The notes under the pieces: generated by a model
Seen by the model: only the letters and a program-made list of their open reading frames with translations
The model's database searches: none
Told to the model about the DNA's origin: nothing
Virus record (IMG/VR): IMGVR_UViG_3300009545_000018
Coordinates: 310,001 to 374,000 of that record
DNA: 64,000 bases
Direction: 5' to 3' (one strand)
Shown here: positions 27,380 through 38,676 of the stretch, in pieces
Position numbering within the stretch: the first letter of the stretch is position 1
Layout: the number at the start of each line of letters is the position of its first letter
Position numbers and translations under genes: made by a program

Positions 27380-30300
27380 ATGTCTTTTTTAGCAACTCTA
27401 GCACAACAAATAAATAACCAGTTTTCTGTAGGAGAAAATACTACTCATACACTAGATGCTGTAGTTAATGGTCAAAATGTAAAATATGGAAGTCTGGGTG
27501 ACTTATCTAAGCGTATAGATCAATCTGCTGAACGTCGATATGTAGAGGAAGGATATCTTAGAAAAGATCCTTATAATGTTGATCCAAAGCAGTTTGAAAT
27601 TTTAATGCAGGAACCTAATGCGACTGTGTTAATTAAAAAGAAAATGTTTTCTTCTATTGGAGAAAATTTTCGTCCTGATTTTATGGATAGTGATGAAAAA
27701 CTTTACTATAAGGCTATTAGAATTTTATTTCAAAATAAATGTCGACAAATATCGGCACTAGAAAAATTATCCAAGATTCAAAAAATTACATCAGCTGTGG
27801 GAAATATTTCTGAACAACTGATTCCAATTATTGCAAGCTTAACAGATGATGCGGGAAGTGGATTTAGTGTAGGTGGACCAGATTTATTTGGCGGCATTAA
27901 TTCTAATGGTGAAATTAGCAATTTTACTAAAGTTATAGATAGAATTAGAAGAATTTATGCTTTTAATACTTCGGCAGAAACTACTAGTTGGATAACTGAT
28001 AGTACAAATTTATTTCAATCACAATTTGGACAAGGAACTGGTGTAATAGAAATTACAGGATTTACTAATATTAGTACGCTTACTACTCTTGATATTGGAT
28101 CTCCAGGAAATGTTAGTTTGACTGTATCAGATCCATATCAAGCTATGTTAATAACAGAATATGATATTGAAAAGGCAATTAGTGACGCCACTAATTCATT
28201 CTATAGTCATAAGATATTTCAATTTGGAAAAGAAAGTGCAGATCAAAATATTAATGATTTAAAAGTTAGGCTTAATCAATTAAGATCTGATAGAAAAGCC
28301 AGTCCAATTTCATTTAGAGTGTCTCCAGATACCTTATTAGGAAATAAAGTAACTGCTATTATTGATCGATTAGGTACTACCATCTTATTTACATATAATA
28401 GTGGTTTTGGAGGTGTAGGTGGGGGAGTATCTGTTGCTGATGAATATTTAAAGGGAGGAGACATAGCAGGATATGATGGATTAGAAATATCTCAACAACC
28501 TACTTTTGGATCTAATAGTAATGTAAAAAAATTATTTCCAGATTCTGAACTATCTGTGTTTAAAAGATTAGTTATTGCAATTTTTAATAAATTACAATTA
28601 GAGGCAAATTCTCATAATACTTTCCAAATTAATAATAATAAAACCAATTATGCTCGACGAAAATTAAGACAAAATTTTGCTGGTAAACTTATTATTCAAC
28701 CTATGGATACTGTCCATATTTACGTGAATTCTAAAACTAGATATGATGGAAAATTATCATCGGGCTTAAACAATATGTTTAGCGGTGCCGGTATTTTGCA
28801 AAATCTTAATAAAACATTTACAGATTTAAAAAATGCAGCAGATACTTTATTTAACCCTGCAGGAAGTGTAAATTTTCAATTAGAAAAAACCACATATGTG
28901 GGTCCAGATTTTCCTAATTATTTGTGGGCTTTAATTAGAAATCAATTTATTAGTGAAAAAGAAGGCACCCATGTTTTTGGTGGCATTGTTGATGCTGCTG
29001 TAGATAATTGGTCTGATGGAAAATATATGGTCAATATAAGAGGTAGAGATAATACGGCTTATTTTGATATGGGTAAAGTTAATTTTAAGCCAGGAATTGA
29101 TACATTTAATGGATCTTTATTTGACCCATTAACGCCATTTAAAACAAGATTTGATAGAATTAGTAGTAATGTAAAAGACGATACTCCAGAGCTATTAGAT
29201 GAAAATAAATATCTGTTAGGCAATTCACAAGATACTGATTCTCCATTAGTTAAATTTAAATTAGGACCCAATGCAGGACAAAGGGCAACACAAGATAATT
29301 ATATTCAAGATAGAAGTGTTGATTCCAATACTGGTTTTATTACTAAAACATTTTATGCTCCAGATGGTTTAGTTTATAAATGGAAAGAGGGCATTGGAGT
29401 ATTAGTTCAATTTGGAAACTCTCTTGATTTAAATGATCCAAGTAGAGTTGGAACTCCTAGTATAACAAAAGAACCATTTGCAGGACAAGATGTAATGAAT
29501 GTTTTATCATTGTTAATTTCTGGGCAACCATATAATTTTGCTAATTATTGGAAGGCAGTAGCTAACTTTGATGGTTTTGCAAGAGACCCACAAAGTCAAC
29601 AAGACTCTGCTTATTCTTATTATGATTCTTTAAAAAATGATTTAACTAAAAATAATATTATTTGGGGAAACTTTATTCCATTTAAAAATTTAGTAATGGA
29701 TGAGCAATCTTATGCTCAAGTACTTCAAGCTCAATTTAAAGCGCAGCAACGTAATGCAGATTTAGATGCTAAGTTACAAAAACTTTCAGAACTAAATAAA
29801 CAAATTATGTTAATGGGTGCAGGAGCTTCTTTATTTACCCAATCTGATATTTCTTTTAGTTCTGATAGAGATAAAGTTAGAAAGCAATTTGATTTATTAG
29901 CTACTGAAACTAAAAGTATAATTCAAGAAATGCAAAAGGCAGATAAAAGTTTTTCTGCATTAAAAAATATTGGTAATGATACTTCAATTGATTTTAATCA
30001 ATTTATTGATTCTAGCAAGTCAAGCAAGCAAGCATCTGATCCACAAATAAGAAAATTAATTAGAAGACAAATTAATAATCTAACTAGACGTATGTCTTAT
30101 AATGTTAGAGGTAATGAAGATAAAAATCTTTTTATTGTTGATGATTTTTACGATAAAGATTATGATATATTGGCTTATGAACAATCATTAACAGATGGTA
30201 TTAAACTTTATAATAATGAATTTACCAGTGTAAGAGATAAAATAGCTGCGACCGCCGACTTATTAAATTTAGAAGTTTTTTGTGATACCCAAGGACATAT

Positions 30301-32320
30301 TAGAGTAAGACCATCTCAATATAATAGAATGCCAAGTTCTGTTTTTTATAAGATGATGTATCTAAAAAAATCTTATAATATTCAAATTTTCCCCCAATTT
30401 CTAGAAGATTTATTTACAGATCAATTGACTGCATTGAAACAAAGACTAGAGATTTTAGAAGATCAAATTAGATTAGATTGTGCAGTTTTAGGAATTAATA
30501 CTGACTCGGCTGCTGTAGAATTTATTTTGGGAAGTAACGTTACGGGCGGCTCTGGAGATACTTTTTCATTTTTATCTAAAGAAGATAGCGGACAAATTAG
30601 TCAAATTAATGAAATTTTATCTCAAGCTCAACCAGATCAAAGAGATGATTTGCAAAGAAATGATTTTAATTCTATCTCACAACAAGCCAATTCAACAAAA
30701 GATATTTTTTCTAATGCTCAACGTTCTACAATTATTTTAGATTCTATAGAAAAACACAAATTAAGTCAATCAGGTTATGGAATTAATGATATTCAATCTT
30801 TTGAAGATAATGATAGGGTAGATGAATTAATTGCACGAATACAAACCGTATCAGGTCAGAAAATTCCAAAATCATCTTATATAACTACTTTGGAAAATGT
30901 TGCAGTTAATGGAACCTCAATACCATTGGCTAAGAATATTGATATTTTTAAAGTTACTAATGAAATTGCAGATAAAATTAGAGAAAGACAAAAAATACTT
31001 AAATTATTTTTTAATTCAATTAAAAATGCTGCCGAATATAAATCTTTAGATTCAAATAATGATAGTAGTAATGCTTTGTTGGTCCCAGGTAATTTTAGTA
31101 ATACTAATATTCCAGAAGTATTTGAACATATGATTGAAGATGAAAGTTATGATGATTATGGTCCTGGTTCTGGATCTAGATATATTATTAGGAGGGCTCA
31201 AATACTTAATTTAAGTATTCAAGAAAATCCTCCTAGATTTAATTCGGTTATTGTTCAAGGGGTATTAAATCCACTTGCACCTACAGCCTTACCAGAAGGA
31301 TTAAATTCATTTCCATCTAATGGTAATGGAATGGTAACTGCGGCAGCAGTTGATTATGATATGTGGCGAAATTATGGATTATTACAGACCAGTCCAATTA
31401 ATGTGCCTTTTTTAAGTGATCCAAATACTCAATGTGCACCTTATGCGAGTATGATTTTGAGTAGAGCAAGAAGAGAAGTTTTAAGAGGATCAGTAACATT
31501 AGTTGGTAATGAATATATGCAGCCAGGTGAGGTTGTTTTTCTAGAAGATAGAGGATTACTATTTTATGTATCATCAGTTAAACATGATTATTCTCAAGGT
31601 AGTTCATTTACTACTACTTTAGAATTAACTTATGGTCATACTCCGGGAGATTATATTCCAATTCCACTAGATGTAATAGGTAAATTAATTTATAATAATA
31701 AAGATTCATCTAGTTTTATTATTCAAAGACAATCTAGTTCTGCTAATGATTCAAGTATTGGAGTAGTGCAAAGAGACCCTTCTTCTGCAAATCCAAATCA
31801 AGTACTTGATACTGGAGAAAAAAATAGTTTTACTACATCTTTTACTGCAGTTAATACTCAAACTATAAATAATATCTTATATACATCAGCATATATTATT
31901 AATTCTAATAATACACAAGGCAATACCATTAAAGCTTCAGTAGAATTAAGAATTTATTATGATGATAACACTCCACTTAATAATGATTTGTTGATTTTTG
32001 CAAATAATGTTCAAGAAACATTAACAATAGAAAATTTAGGTCCAAAACAAATTGCTACTTCTAATACTGGTAACTCTAGAACTGTTACTTTAAATAAAGA
32101 TGATGTTAAAATAGTTCAAGTTAATATGAGTGATGATAATGAAAGAAGCTCTCCTTCCCAAAAGGCAATTGATGCTGCCCGAAATCAGATTAATGGATAT
32201 AGTAGCAATGAGAGCGCCATTAAAGATAGAATAAGGATCGCTTTATTTAATAATATTGTTGACTGTTGGATTAAATTTGAACAAGTTTCAACAGAACAAG
32301 CTAATTTGATTGTAGGTTAA
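27380..32320 (+). CDS. Baseplate hub protein (gp27/gp44-like) with large insertions
   Basis: Start taken at MSFL after the HNH stop; hub signature RGSVTLVGNEYMQPGEVVFL...FYVSSVKHDY...FTTTLELTYG; position before the spike. Confidence 0.65.
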   Translation: MSFLATLAQQINNQFSVGENTTHTLDAVVNGQNVKYGSLGDLSKRIDQSAERRYVEEGYLRKDPYNVDPKQFEILMQEPNATVLIKKKMFSSIGENFRPDFMDSDEKLYYKAIRILFQNKCRQISALEKLSKIQKITSAVGNISEQLIPIIASLTDDAGSGFSVGGPDLFGGINSNGEISNFTKVIDRIRRIYAFNTSAETTSWITDSTNLFQSQFGQGTGVIEITGFTNISTLTTLDIGSPGNVSLTVSDPYQAMLITEYDIEKAISDATNSFYSHKIFQFGKESADQNINDLKVRLNQLRSDRKASPISFRVSPDTLLGNKVTAIIDRLGTTILFTYNSGFGGVGGGVSVADEYLKGGDIAGYDGLEISQQPTFGSNSNVKKLFPDSELSVFKRLVIAIFNKLQLEANSHNTFQINNNKTNYARRKLRQNFAGKLIIQPMDTVHIYVNSKTRYDGKLSSGLNNMFSGAGILQNLNKTFTDLKNAADTLFNPAGSVNFQLEKTTYVGPDFPNYLWALIRNQFISEKEGTHVFGGIVDAAVDNWSDGKYMVNIRGRDNTAYFDMGKVNFKPGIDTFNGSLFDPLTPFKTRFDRISSNVKDDTPELLDENKYLLGNSQDTDSPLVKFKLGPNAGQRATQDNYIQDRSVDSNTGFITKTFYAPDGLVYKWKEGIGVLVQFGNSLDLNDPSRVGTPSITKEPFAGQDVMNVLSLLISGQPYNFANYWKAVANFDGFARDPQSQQDSAYSYYDSLKNDLTKNNIIWGNFIPFKNLVMDEQSYAQVLQAQFKAQQRNADLDAKLQKLSELNKQIMLMGAGASLFTQSDISFSSDRDKVRKQFDLLATETKSIIQEMQKADKSFSALKNIGNDTSIDFNQFIDSSKSSKQASDPQIRKLIRRQINNLTRRMSYNVRGNEDKNLFIVDDFYDKDYDILAYEQSLTDGIKLYNNEFTSVRDKIAATADLLNLEVFCDTQGHIRVRPSQYNRMPSSVFYKMMYLKKSYNIQIFPQFLEDLFTDQLTALKQRLEILEDQIRLDCAVLGINTDSAAVEFILGSNVTGGSGDTFSFLSKEDSGQISQINEILSQAQPDQRDDLQRNDFNSISQQANSTKDIFSNAQRSTIILDSIEKHKLSQSGYGINDIQSFEDNDRVDELIARIQTVSGQKIPKSSYITTLENVAVNGTSIPLAKNIDIFKVTNEIADKIRERQKILKLFFNSIKNAAEYKSLDSNNDSSNALLVPGNFSNTNIPEVFEHMIEDESYDDYGPGSGSRYIIRRAQILNLSIQENPPRFNSVIVQGVLNPLAPTALPEGLNSFPSNGNGMVTAAAVDYDMWRNYGLLQTSPINVPFLSDPNTQCAPYASMILSRARREVLRGSVTLVGNEYMQPGEVVFLEDRGLLFYVSSVKHDYSQGSSFTTTLELTYGHTPGDYIPIPLDVIGKLIYNNKDSSSFIIQRQSSSANDSSIGVVQRDPSSANPNQVLDTGEKNSFTTSFTAVNTQTINNILYTSAYIINSNNTQGNTIKASVELRIYYDDNTPLNNDLLIFANNVQETLTIENLGPKQIATSNTGNSRTVTLNKDDVKIVQVNMSDDNERSSPSQKAIDAARNQINGYSSNESAIKDRIRIALFNNIVDCWIKFEQVSTEQANLIVG

Positions 32321-32392
32321 TTATGAGAAAATCTAATAAACAAAATATATTAAGTTTTTCTAATAAAAACAAATCCTCTAAAGAGGAAAACA

Positions 32393-34402
32393 ATGGGTGA
32401 CACTAATATATTTAATGAATCAGTAGGTCTTTTAAGACGGGGAGCTATTGAAAGTTTTGATGAAGCTAAAGGTGTAATTAAAGTTAAATTAAATAATGCT
32501 ACTATTGGTAGCAATAACCCGCCAGTAGAGATTCCAGCTCCTCATGCTTTATTTTACAATAATGGTTTATTTATTGGATCAAGACCAAAATCAGGAACAC
32601 CTGTAGTAGTGGGGCAAGGTAGTGGAGGACAATACTATTTCGTTTCATTTTTGGCAGAAAATTTACCTAAAGTACCATCTTTAAAATTGGATGAATTACT
32701 ATTACAATCTAATGATAATTCTTACATTAAATTAGATATTAAAACTAATATTAATATTGGATCGGACAATAACAGAATTCATATAAATGCTGTAGAAAAT
32801 TATATTAGTACTAATTTTTATAATCAATTTGATTTTACTCAAGCATCTAGAAAAGTAGAAGGGCTAGTTAAAAGAGATAAAATTGTCAACACTAATTTTG
32901 ATGAAAATTTAAAATTAGAGGATGATAGTTATAATTCTAAATTTTATACAATTGGTTTAGATCCTTCAACATCTCCTAATTCTAGTGTAACTGGTTCTTC
33001 AAAAAATCCACCATTTGTTGAACAAAGAGAGTTAATTTATGAATTTCAATATTCATCAGACATTGATGATGATCTAAATGAATCAATCCTTTATAATGGC
33101 GGAGGCACCAATAATAGGAATTATATTTTACCAAATCGTCGTAAAAGTCGTGCTGATACCTTAAGTTTAACATTGGCAGCTCCCAATTATTTAATGGAAA
33201 CCATTAAGGGAACAATAGTTGATATATTTGGTAATATTTTAGATATTAACAGGAACCCAATTCCAATTGGTGCAGACCAAAATACTATTAGGGCAGAAAA
33301 ATCTAGCGATAAATCTGCGGCATTTTTGAGAATTAAAGAGTTAGAAAGAAAAAGTTTAGCATATCATTTTGAAATTAATGCTAGAAAAGATCTTTCTGGT
33401 CAAAATGGAAAAATTACTTTACCAGATATAAATTCTAACAGTGATTATGCCAGAAATAGAAGTAGGTTTTTTATTGATATTGATAAAGAGGGTCAATTTA
33501 AAATTAATGTACCAGCATCTAGTGAAACTGGTAACGTTTCTTTATTAACAAGATATGAAAATTATTCTACTTTTGGATCAGAAGATAATAATAATCCAAA
33601 TAAATTAATATTTAGAGATGATAATTTAGATATTTTTCATGATTCTTTTGCGGCTCCAAAATCCACACCTATAAATACGGGTTTTTCATATACAAATAAT
33701 CGCGGATCAATTCAAATTAAAAATGGTACTGCAGATGGTGCGCCACTTGATAGAATAACTCAAGAACATATCAAACATGGTACAGCATATCATGATATTT
33801 TACAAACCTGTTATGTTCATCAAAATAATGATTTTATTAATTATCAAGCCGGCACAAGCACACATACTACCATAGATATTAATAGTATTACAGAATTAAA
33901 TGATGTAGTATCTTCTACTATTAATATTTCTGGTGATAATGCAAATGCCGGAGGTAGAAGTGGATCAGTTAATTTTGATGGATCCTTAGAAATGAATATT
34001 GGAGCTAATACTGTTGATAGACAATCTTTATGGTTAGACATGGCAGGTGGATTAGTAGCTAATATTGGTAGAGACCTTAAAAATAGAAGCGCTATGATTT
34101 CTATGAATGGAGATTTAGTTATACAAGTTGGAGGATTTGGTGTTGTTGGAGATAGTAGATTTATAAAATCAAATAACGGAAGTATAGGGGCAGTGTTAGA
34201 TTTAAGAGTTTTTACTTCTGGTGGGTATGTACATATGGTACGATGTGATAATAATGGAATAACAATAATGACTCCCGGAAATTTAGCAGTACATGCTAAA
34301 GGTAATATGAAATTTTCTAGTGATTCTAATATGGAATTTGAAGCAGAAACGGTTACTATACAAAATAGAGTTGTTAATAAAATTTTTGGTGGAAGTATTT
34401 AA
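32393..34402 (+). CDS. Baseplate central spike (gp5/gpV-like)
   Basis: N-terminal OB-fold pattern (GAIESFDEAKGVIKVKL...PKSGTPVVV) and C-terminal beta-helix repeats (GNLAVHAKGNMKFSSDSNMEFEAETVTI). Confidence 0.65.
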   Translation: MGDTNIFNESVGLLRRGAIESFDEAKGVIKVKLNNATIGSNNPPVEIPAPHALFYNNGLFIGSRPKSGTPVVVGQGSGGQYYFVSFLAENLPKVPSLKLDELLLQSNDNSYIKLDIKTNINIGSDNNRIHINAVENYISTNFYNQFDFTQASRKVEGLVKRDKIVNTNFDENLKLEDDSYNSKFYTIGLDPSTSPNSSVTGSSKNPPFVEQRELIYEFQYSSDIDDDLNESILYNGGGTNNRNYILPNRRKSRADTLSLTLAAPNYLMETIKGTIVDIFGNILDINRNPIPIGADQNTIRAEKSSDKSAAFLRIKELERKSLAYHFEINARKDLSGQNGKITLPDINSNSDYARNRSRFFIDIDKEGQFKINVPASSETGNVSLLTRYENYSTFGSEDNNNPNKLIFRDDNLDIFHDSFAAPKSTPINTGFSYTNNRGSIQIKNGTADGAPLDRITQEHIKHGTAYHDILQTCYVHQNNDFINYQAGTSTHTTIDINSITELNDVVSSTINISGDNANAGGRSGSVNFDGSLEMNIGANTVDRQSLWLDMAGGLVANIGRDLKNRSAMISMNGDLVIQVGGFGVVGDSRFIKSNNGSIGAVLDLRVFTSGGYVHMVRCDNNGITIMTPGNLAVHAKGNMKFSSDSNMEFEAETVTIQNRVVNKIFGGSI

Positions 34403-34412
34403 AGGATATAAT

Positions 34413-34769
34413 ATGAAAAAATTAAATCAAGTAATTTATGAAAAATTAATTTTACAAGCAGAAGAGGCTAAAGAACAAAATATGACAAAATTAGCTAATG
34501 CTATTTTGGGATCTTTAACTACCACCCCAGCAATTGAGGATGAATTATATTCAGTTGCTGATTTGAATCGTGATATTTATCAAGATTTATGGAAAGTAGC
34601 CACTAATGTGCTAAAATATCATGATTTAAAAAGTGTTAATGCTGAAAAGGTTGATGAAGTAGTAGAGATATTTGCAGAAAAATTTATTAATGAGTTAGAA
34701 CAAGCTTTAAGCATACCAGCAGGAACTATTGGACCATTAGAACCTAAATTACTCGGTGAATCAAAATAA
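34413..34769 (+). CDS. Hypothetical helical protein
   Basis: AAGGA RBS before ATG at 34413 (MKKLNQ); the longer supplied start overlaps the spike gene. Confidence 0.65.
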   Translation: MKKLNQVIYEKLILQAEEAKEQNMTKLANAILGSLTTTPAIEDELYSVADLNRDIYQDLWKVATNVLKYHDLKSVNAEKVDEVVEIFAEKFINELEQALSIPAGTIGPLEPKLLGESK

Positions 34770-34804
34770 ACTTGATATATAATAAATAAAGAAGGTAATT
34801 TAAA

Positions 34805-37021
34805 ATGTGTCCCTGCAGCCCAAATGATGTTTCAATTCAAGTACCAGATGGTCCTTCGGGACCTCCAATACCTGGTTTTGGAATACCTTTTGCTTTAAAA
34901 ATACCAGACATTACTCCTGTACCAAACGGATTTCCAGAAGATCTTTTAGATATTTTAGATAAATTACAATTATTAATTCCTCCAGGAATTATTAAGCCGG
35001 CTCTTAATCCTAATTTTGGAAAAGATGTGTTTGATGGTATTATGAAGCTATTAGACCAATTTTTTCCATTTTTGATGCTTTATAAATTTTTTCTACCCGT
35101 TCTTAACTTAATTATTTGTATTATTGAAGTATTATGTGCTATTCCAAATCCCTTTAAATTAATTAGGGCAATGAGAAGATTATTTAGAAATTGTATACCA
35201 GCTTTCTTGAATTTATTTCCAATTTTTGCATTAATTATTATGATAATTTCTTTATTATTGCTATTATTAGCTTTAATTGAATATATTATTGCTCAAATAT
35301 TAAAATTAGTTGAAGCTATGTTAAGAAATATTAATGCTTTAACCAAAGCATTTACTGATGGAGATCAGACTTCTGTTTTAGCAATTGCCAAAAAATTGGG
35401 TGCCTTATTATGTATCTTTCAAAATTTATTTGTTCTTCTTTCACTATTTAATATTATTATTGAAGTCATTAAAAATATTTTAAGAGTAACCTTCTCTATT
35501 CCTCCTTGTGACGATAGTGGCACAGGAGATGCTGATGGTTGTTGTACTCCAGATGTTTGTCCTACTATTGTTAAATCTCCATATACAAGATCAAGTGGGC
35601 ATATTCAATATTTAAGAGAATTAGAATTAAGACCTACTACTCCTATTCCTGGTTTAGCAACTTTTGGAACAGTAATAAGAAATGAAAGTTTAATTATTTA
35701 TGATGAACAACAAGAAATTGGACAGGCTTTCATAAATATTGTTGATGGATATGATGTGCCAGTTCAAAATTCTTTTGGTTATACCTCTAAACCAGTATTT
35801 TTTCCGACTGATGTAAATTATAATTCTGGAACCTCTCCACGACAAGCGGCATATACTGTCGATCTTAGAGTTTTTTATAATCCTGCTAATTTTGATAGAC
35901 AAACTGGTTTACCAGGAGTTGGATTACCAAGATATATCAGATTTACTAATTGTATAGTAACTAATATTCCAAACAGAACTTATACTAGAAATGATGGAAC
36001 AATTGTTAATATTAGTAATGGTGCATTACCATTAGCAGGAGGTTTAGGATATGAAGATGATGGTACAACTATATTAACTGGTTTTGGAAGTGATGGTATT
36101 ACTCCAATTTCTAATCAGGCAACTTTAGAAAATTTTATTAATAAGCCAGCTCGATATTCTACTATTGGAACAATTCCGGCAATTCCATCTGATGGATATG
36201 TTTTTGATGAAGTTAATTATACCTTTAGACCTAATTTAGAAACATTACTCAATAAACAATTAATTACATTAGGATGTGAACCATCATTAGCTTTAAATAA
36301 AGCTTTTATTAATAGTGCTTTTGCTGGTGATGCTGCAATTAAAACACAATTGCTTGGCAATTTGCTTAATAGTACTAATAATCAGAGTAATAATCAAACT
36401 TTTCCAGATATTGATGCAGCTTTATTATGTTTGCAAAATGCATTATCTGGGTTAAGGGGCAATTTAACACCTGTTGGTGTAGCGCAATTTCAAGCTCAAA
36501 CATCTTTATGTTTAGAAAAGTTACGAGATGATTCCAAAAATGCATTAGCAACATTGATTGGTATAGGTTTTGATGCGTGTAGTAGTGATTTTAATTTAAC
36601 TCCACAAAAACAGTTTACTAGTAAGCCAATTGAAGTAAAAGTTAATTTAAAAGAACATAATGGTATTAATTTATCTGCTGGATTACCACTGGATGTTGGT
36701 AATAATATTGCTAAAAATATTAAAGCACATATTACTTTCGGTAATATTTCTCAATTTAAATATGATGGATATCAATCTTTTACAGCAAATTTGGAAAGTC
36801 AACTTCCAGGCAAAGGATCAGTAATGATATCATTTGAAAACAATATTTTCTGCACAAATACAATCCCTGTAGACAATACAATTGATCCTATGCATACTTT
36901 ACAAAGTATTGATTATCAATTTATTTATGTTGGAAGCTCGGGTGCAGTACCAACTGCTGATGGTGATTTTGATGGAACGCCAAGACGTGATGCTGGTGAT
37001 TTATCTAGGGATGGCACTTAA
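34805..37021 (+). CDS. Cys-rich putative baseplate/tail-tip protein with long hydrophobic helices and a C-terminal Ig-like domain
   Basis: MCPCSP start; hydrophobic IFALIIMIISLLLLLLALIEYIIAQIL segment; beta-sandwich-like C-terminus; located between spike and gp25. Confidence 0.55.
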   Translation: MCPCSPNDVSIQVPDGPSGPPIPGFGIPFALKIPDITPVPNGFPEDLLDILDKLQLLIPPGIIKPALNPNFGKDVFDGIMKLLDQFFPFLMLYKFFLPVLNLIICIIEVLCAIPNPFKLIRAMRRLFRNCIPAFLNLFPIFALIIMIISLLLLLLALIEYIIAQILKLVEAMLRNINALTKAFTDGDQTSVLAIAKKLGALLCIFQNLFVLLSLFNIIIEVIKNILRVTFSIPPCDDSGTGDADGCCTPDVCPTIVKSPYTRSSGHIQYLRELELRPTTPIPGLATFGTVIRNESLIIYDEQQEIGQAFINIVDGYDVPVQNSFGYTSKPVFFPTDVNYNSGTSPRQAAYTVDLRVFYNPANFDRQTGLPGVGLPRYIRFTNCIVTNIPNRTYTRNDGTIVNISNGALPLAGGLGYEDDGTTILTGFGSDGITPISNQATLENFINKPARYSTIGTIPAIPSDGYVFDEVNYTFRPNLETLLNKQLITLGCEPSLALNKAFINSAFAGDAAIKTQLLGNLLNSTNNQSNNQTFPDIDAALLCLQNALSGLRGNLTPVGVAQFQAQTSLCLEKLRDDSKNALATLIGIGFDACSSDFNLTPQKQFTSKPIEVKVNLKEHNGINLSAGLPLDVGNNIAKNIKAHITFGNISQFKYDGYQSFTANLESQLPGKGSVMISFENNIFCTNTIPVDNTIDPMHTLQSIDYQFIYVGSSGAVPTADGDFDGTPRRDAGDLSRDGT

Positions 37022-38676
37022 TGGATAATATTCCTAATCAAGCTAATTTTTTGGATGAACAAAATTTTGATATCGATCTTGATAAATTATATTCTGATTT
37101 TATTCAAGAAATTGATAATAATAGAAGTATAGTAAATACATCTAATCAAGGAAACCAATCTTTTTTAAAGATATTAAAAAAAGAGACTATTACTAGTCTA
37201 GCTAAATTAGTAAAAGTAGAAACAACGCCTCAAGAAAGTCGATGCCACGCATTTTTTAGATTAGTAGGATTTCCAGTGATTTCTAAAGATTTAAGATTTT
37301 ATAATCCTGGTTTTGATATTATTAAAGATGCAAATAGAAAAATATCATTGGATACTAAAATAGATATTGCAAATAATACATTTGATGGATTTTTTAATTT
37401 ATCATTTAAAAGAGAAAGTTATGTTAATTCAATATTACAAACTTTTTCTCAAAATAATGGTATTACTGCGACAGCTTTAGCTTTGTCATCTGGAGCTCAA
37501 ATACGCAATTTTTCTGATTCTATTAAAAATTTAGATCCATTTGATATGGTGCCTACTAATCAATCATATACTGCTAATTTTAAAGGACAAATTGGAAACA
37601 ATGATTCAGTTAAATTAACTGAATATAAAGATGAAAATGGAAATGTTCCAAATTCTTCACAATTAAATCAAATAAGATTTCATATCATAAAACCATTTAT
37701 TGTAGATCCAAAAATTGATTTTACAGTAGCTCCATCTTCTAAAAGAATAGCTGTTCCATTTGCTATTAATAAAAGTAACCTTTTGGTTGCGGAAAATACT
37801 TTTGTTAAAAGACCATTAATAGAAAAAGTTATCAGAGATAGATTTTATGTGAATAATCAAAGCAATGTTGGATCAGCAGAAAGTATTAAAAATTATATTT
37901 TAAGCATTCCTTCAGTAAAAGATGAAAGTCTTATTAAACAAATGACGTCTGATGTCTATAATATTTCTGAACAACAACAATTTAAAAAATATATTAATAT
38001 TATTAGGGCAATGTGTAAAAAATTAGTTGAATCACAGCTGATTATACAAAAAGTACAATCTCTATATTATTGGGCGCCTATTACTTCCTCTGTAGGTCCA
38101 GAAGGCGGAAGTTCTGTTAGAGATGTTATTATTTCTAATAATTTTCCTTTAGATTATTTGACAAATTTTGATAAGTCATTAATTAATAATATTTTAAAAC
38201 AAACATCAAATCAAATTAACATTCAAGCAGCTAATGTGGAAGGAATTCCTGATGTGGGAGGATTTGCTTTTGATAGTTTCAAAAATACATTTGATAATCA
38301 AACTAGTGATTCTTTAGGTGATGTCATTACAGATACAGTTACTAAATCTTTAAATAATAGAAAACAATACATGAATAATGCAAATAATGCTCTTAAAACC
38401 ATCGAAATTATAATGGGAGAATTTAGTGGTTTAGGACTTTGTGATATTATTGCTGTTATGGGGGCATTATATATAATGCCTAAGGAAGATTTATTGGGAT
38501 TTTTAGATGTAGATTCTTTTGCTAGAATGACTAAAACGGTAAATTACATTCCAAATGATGTATCACAAAGTTCTATTACAAATACTGCAAGCTCATTTTT
38601 AACTAGCGTAGCAGGATATTATAATTTAATGGATAAAATTTATCAAGATTTGCGTGAAAATAACGGTTTGTCATAA
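37021..38676 (+). CDS. Hypothetical virion protein of the baseplate cluster
   Basis: TAATG coupling with the previous gene; 551 aa; no clear motif. Confidence 0.6.
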   Translation: MDNIPNQANFLDEQNFDIDLDKLYSDFIQEIDNNRSIVNTSNQGNQSFLKILKKETITSLAKLVKVETTPQESRCHAFFRLVGFPVISKDLRFYNPGFDIIKDANRKISLDTKIDIANNTFDGFFNLSFKRESYVNSILQTFSQNNGITATALALSSGAQIRNFSDSIKNLDPFDMVPTNQSYTANFKGQIGNNDSVKLTEYKDENGNVPNSSQLNQIRFHIIKPFIVDPKIDFTVAPSSKRIAVPFAINKSNLLVAENTFVKRPLIEKVIRDRFYVNNQSNVGSAESIKNYILSIPSVKDESLIKQMTSDVYNISEQQQFKKYINIIRAMCKKLVESQLIIQKVQSLYYWAPITSSVGPEGGSSVRDVIISNNFPLDYLTNFDKSLINNILKQTSNQINIQAANVEGIPDVGGFAFDSFKNTFDNQTSDSLGDVITDTVTKSLNNRKQYMNNANNALKTIEIIMGEFSGLGLCDIIAVMGALYIMPKEDLLGFLDVDSFARMTKTVNYIPNDVSQSSITNTASSFLTSVAGYYNLMDKIYQDLRENNGLS

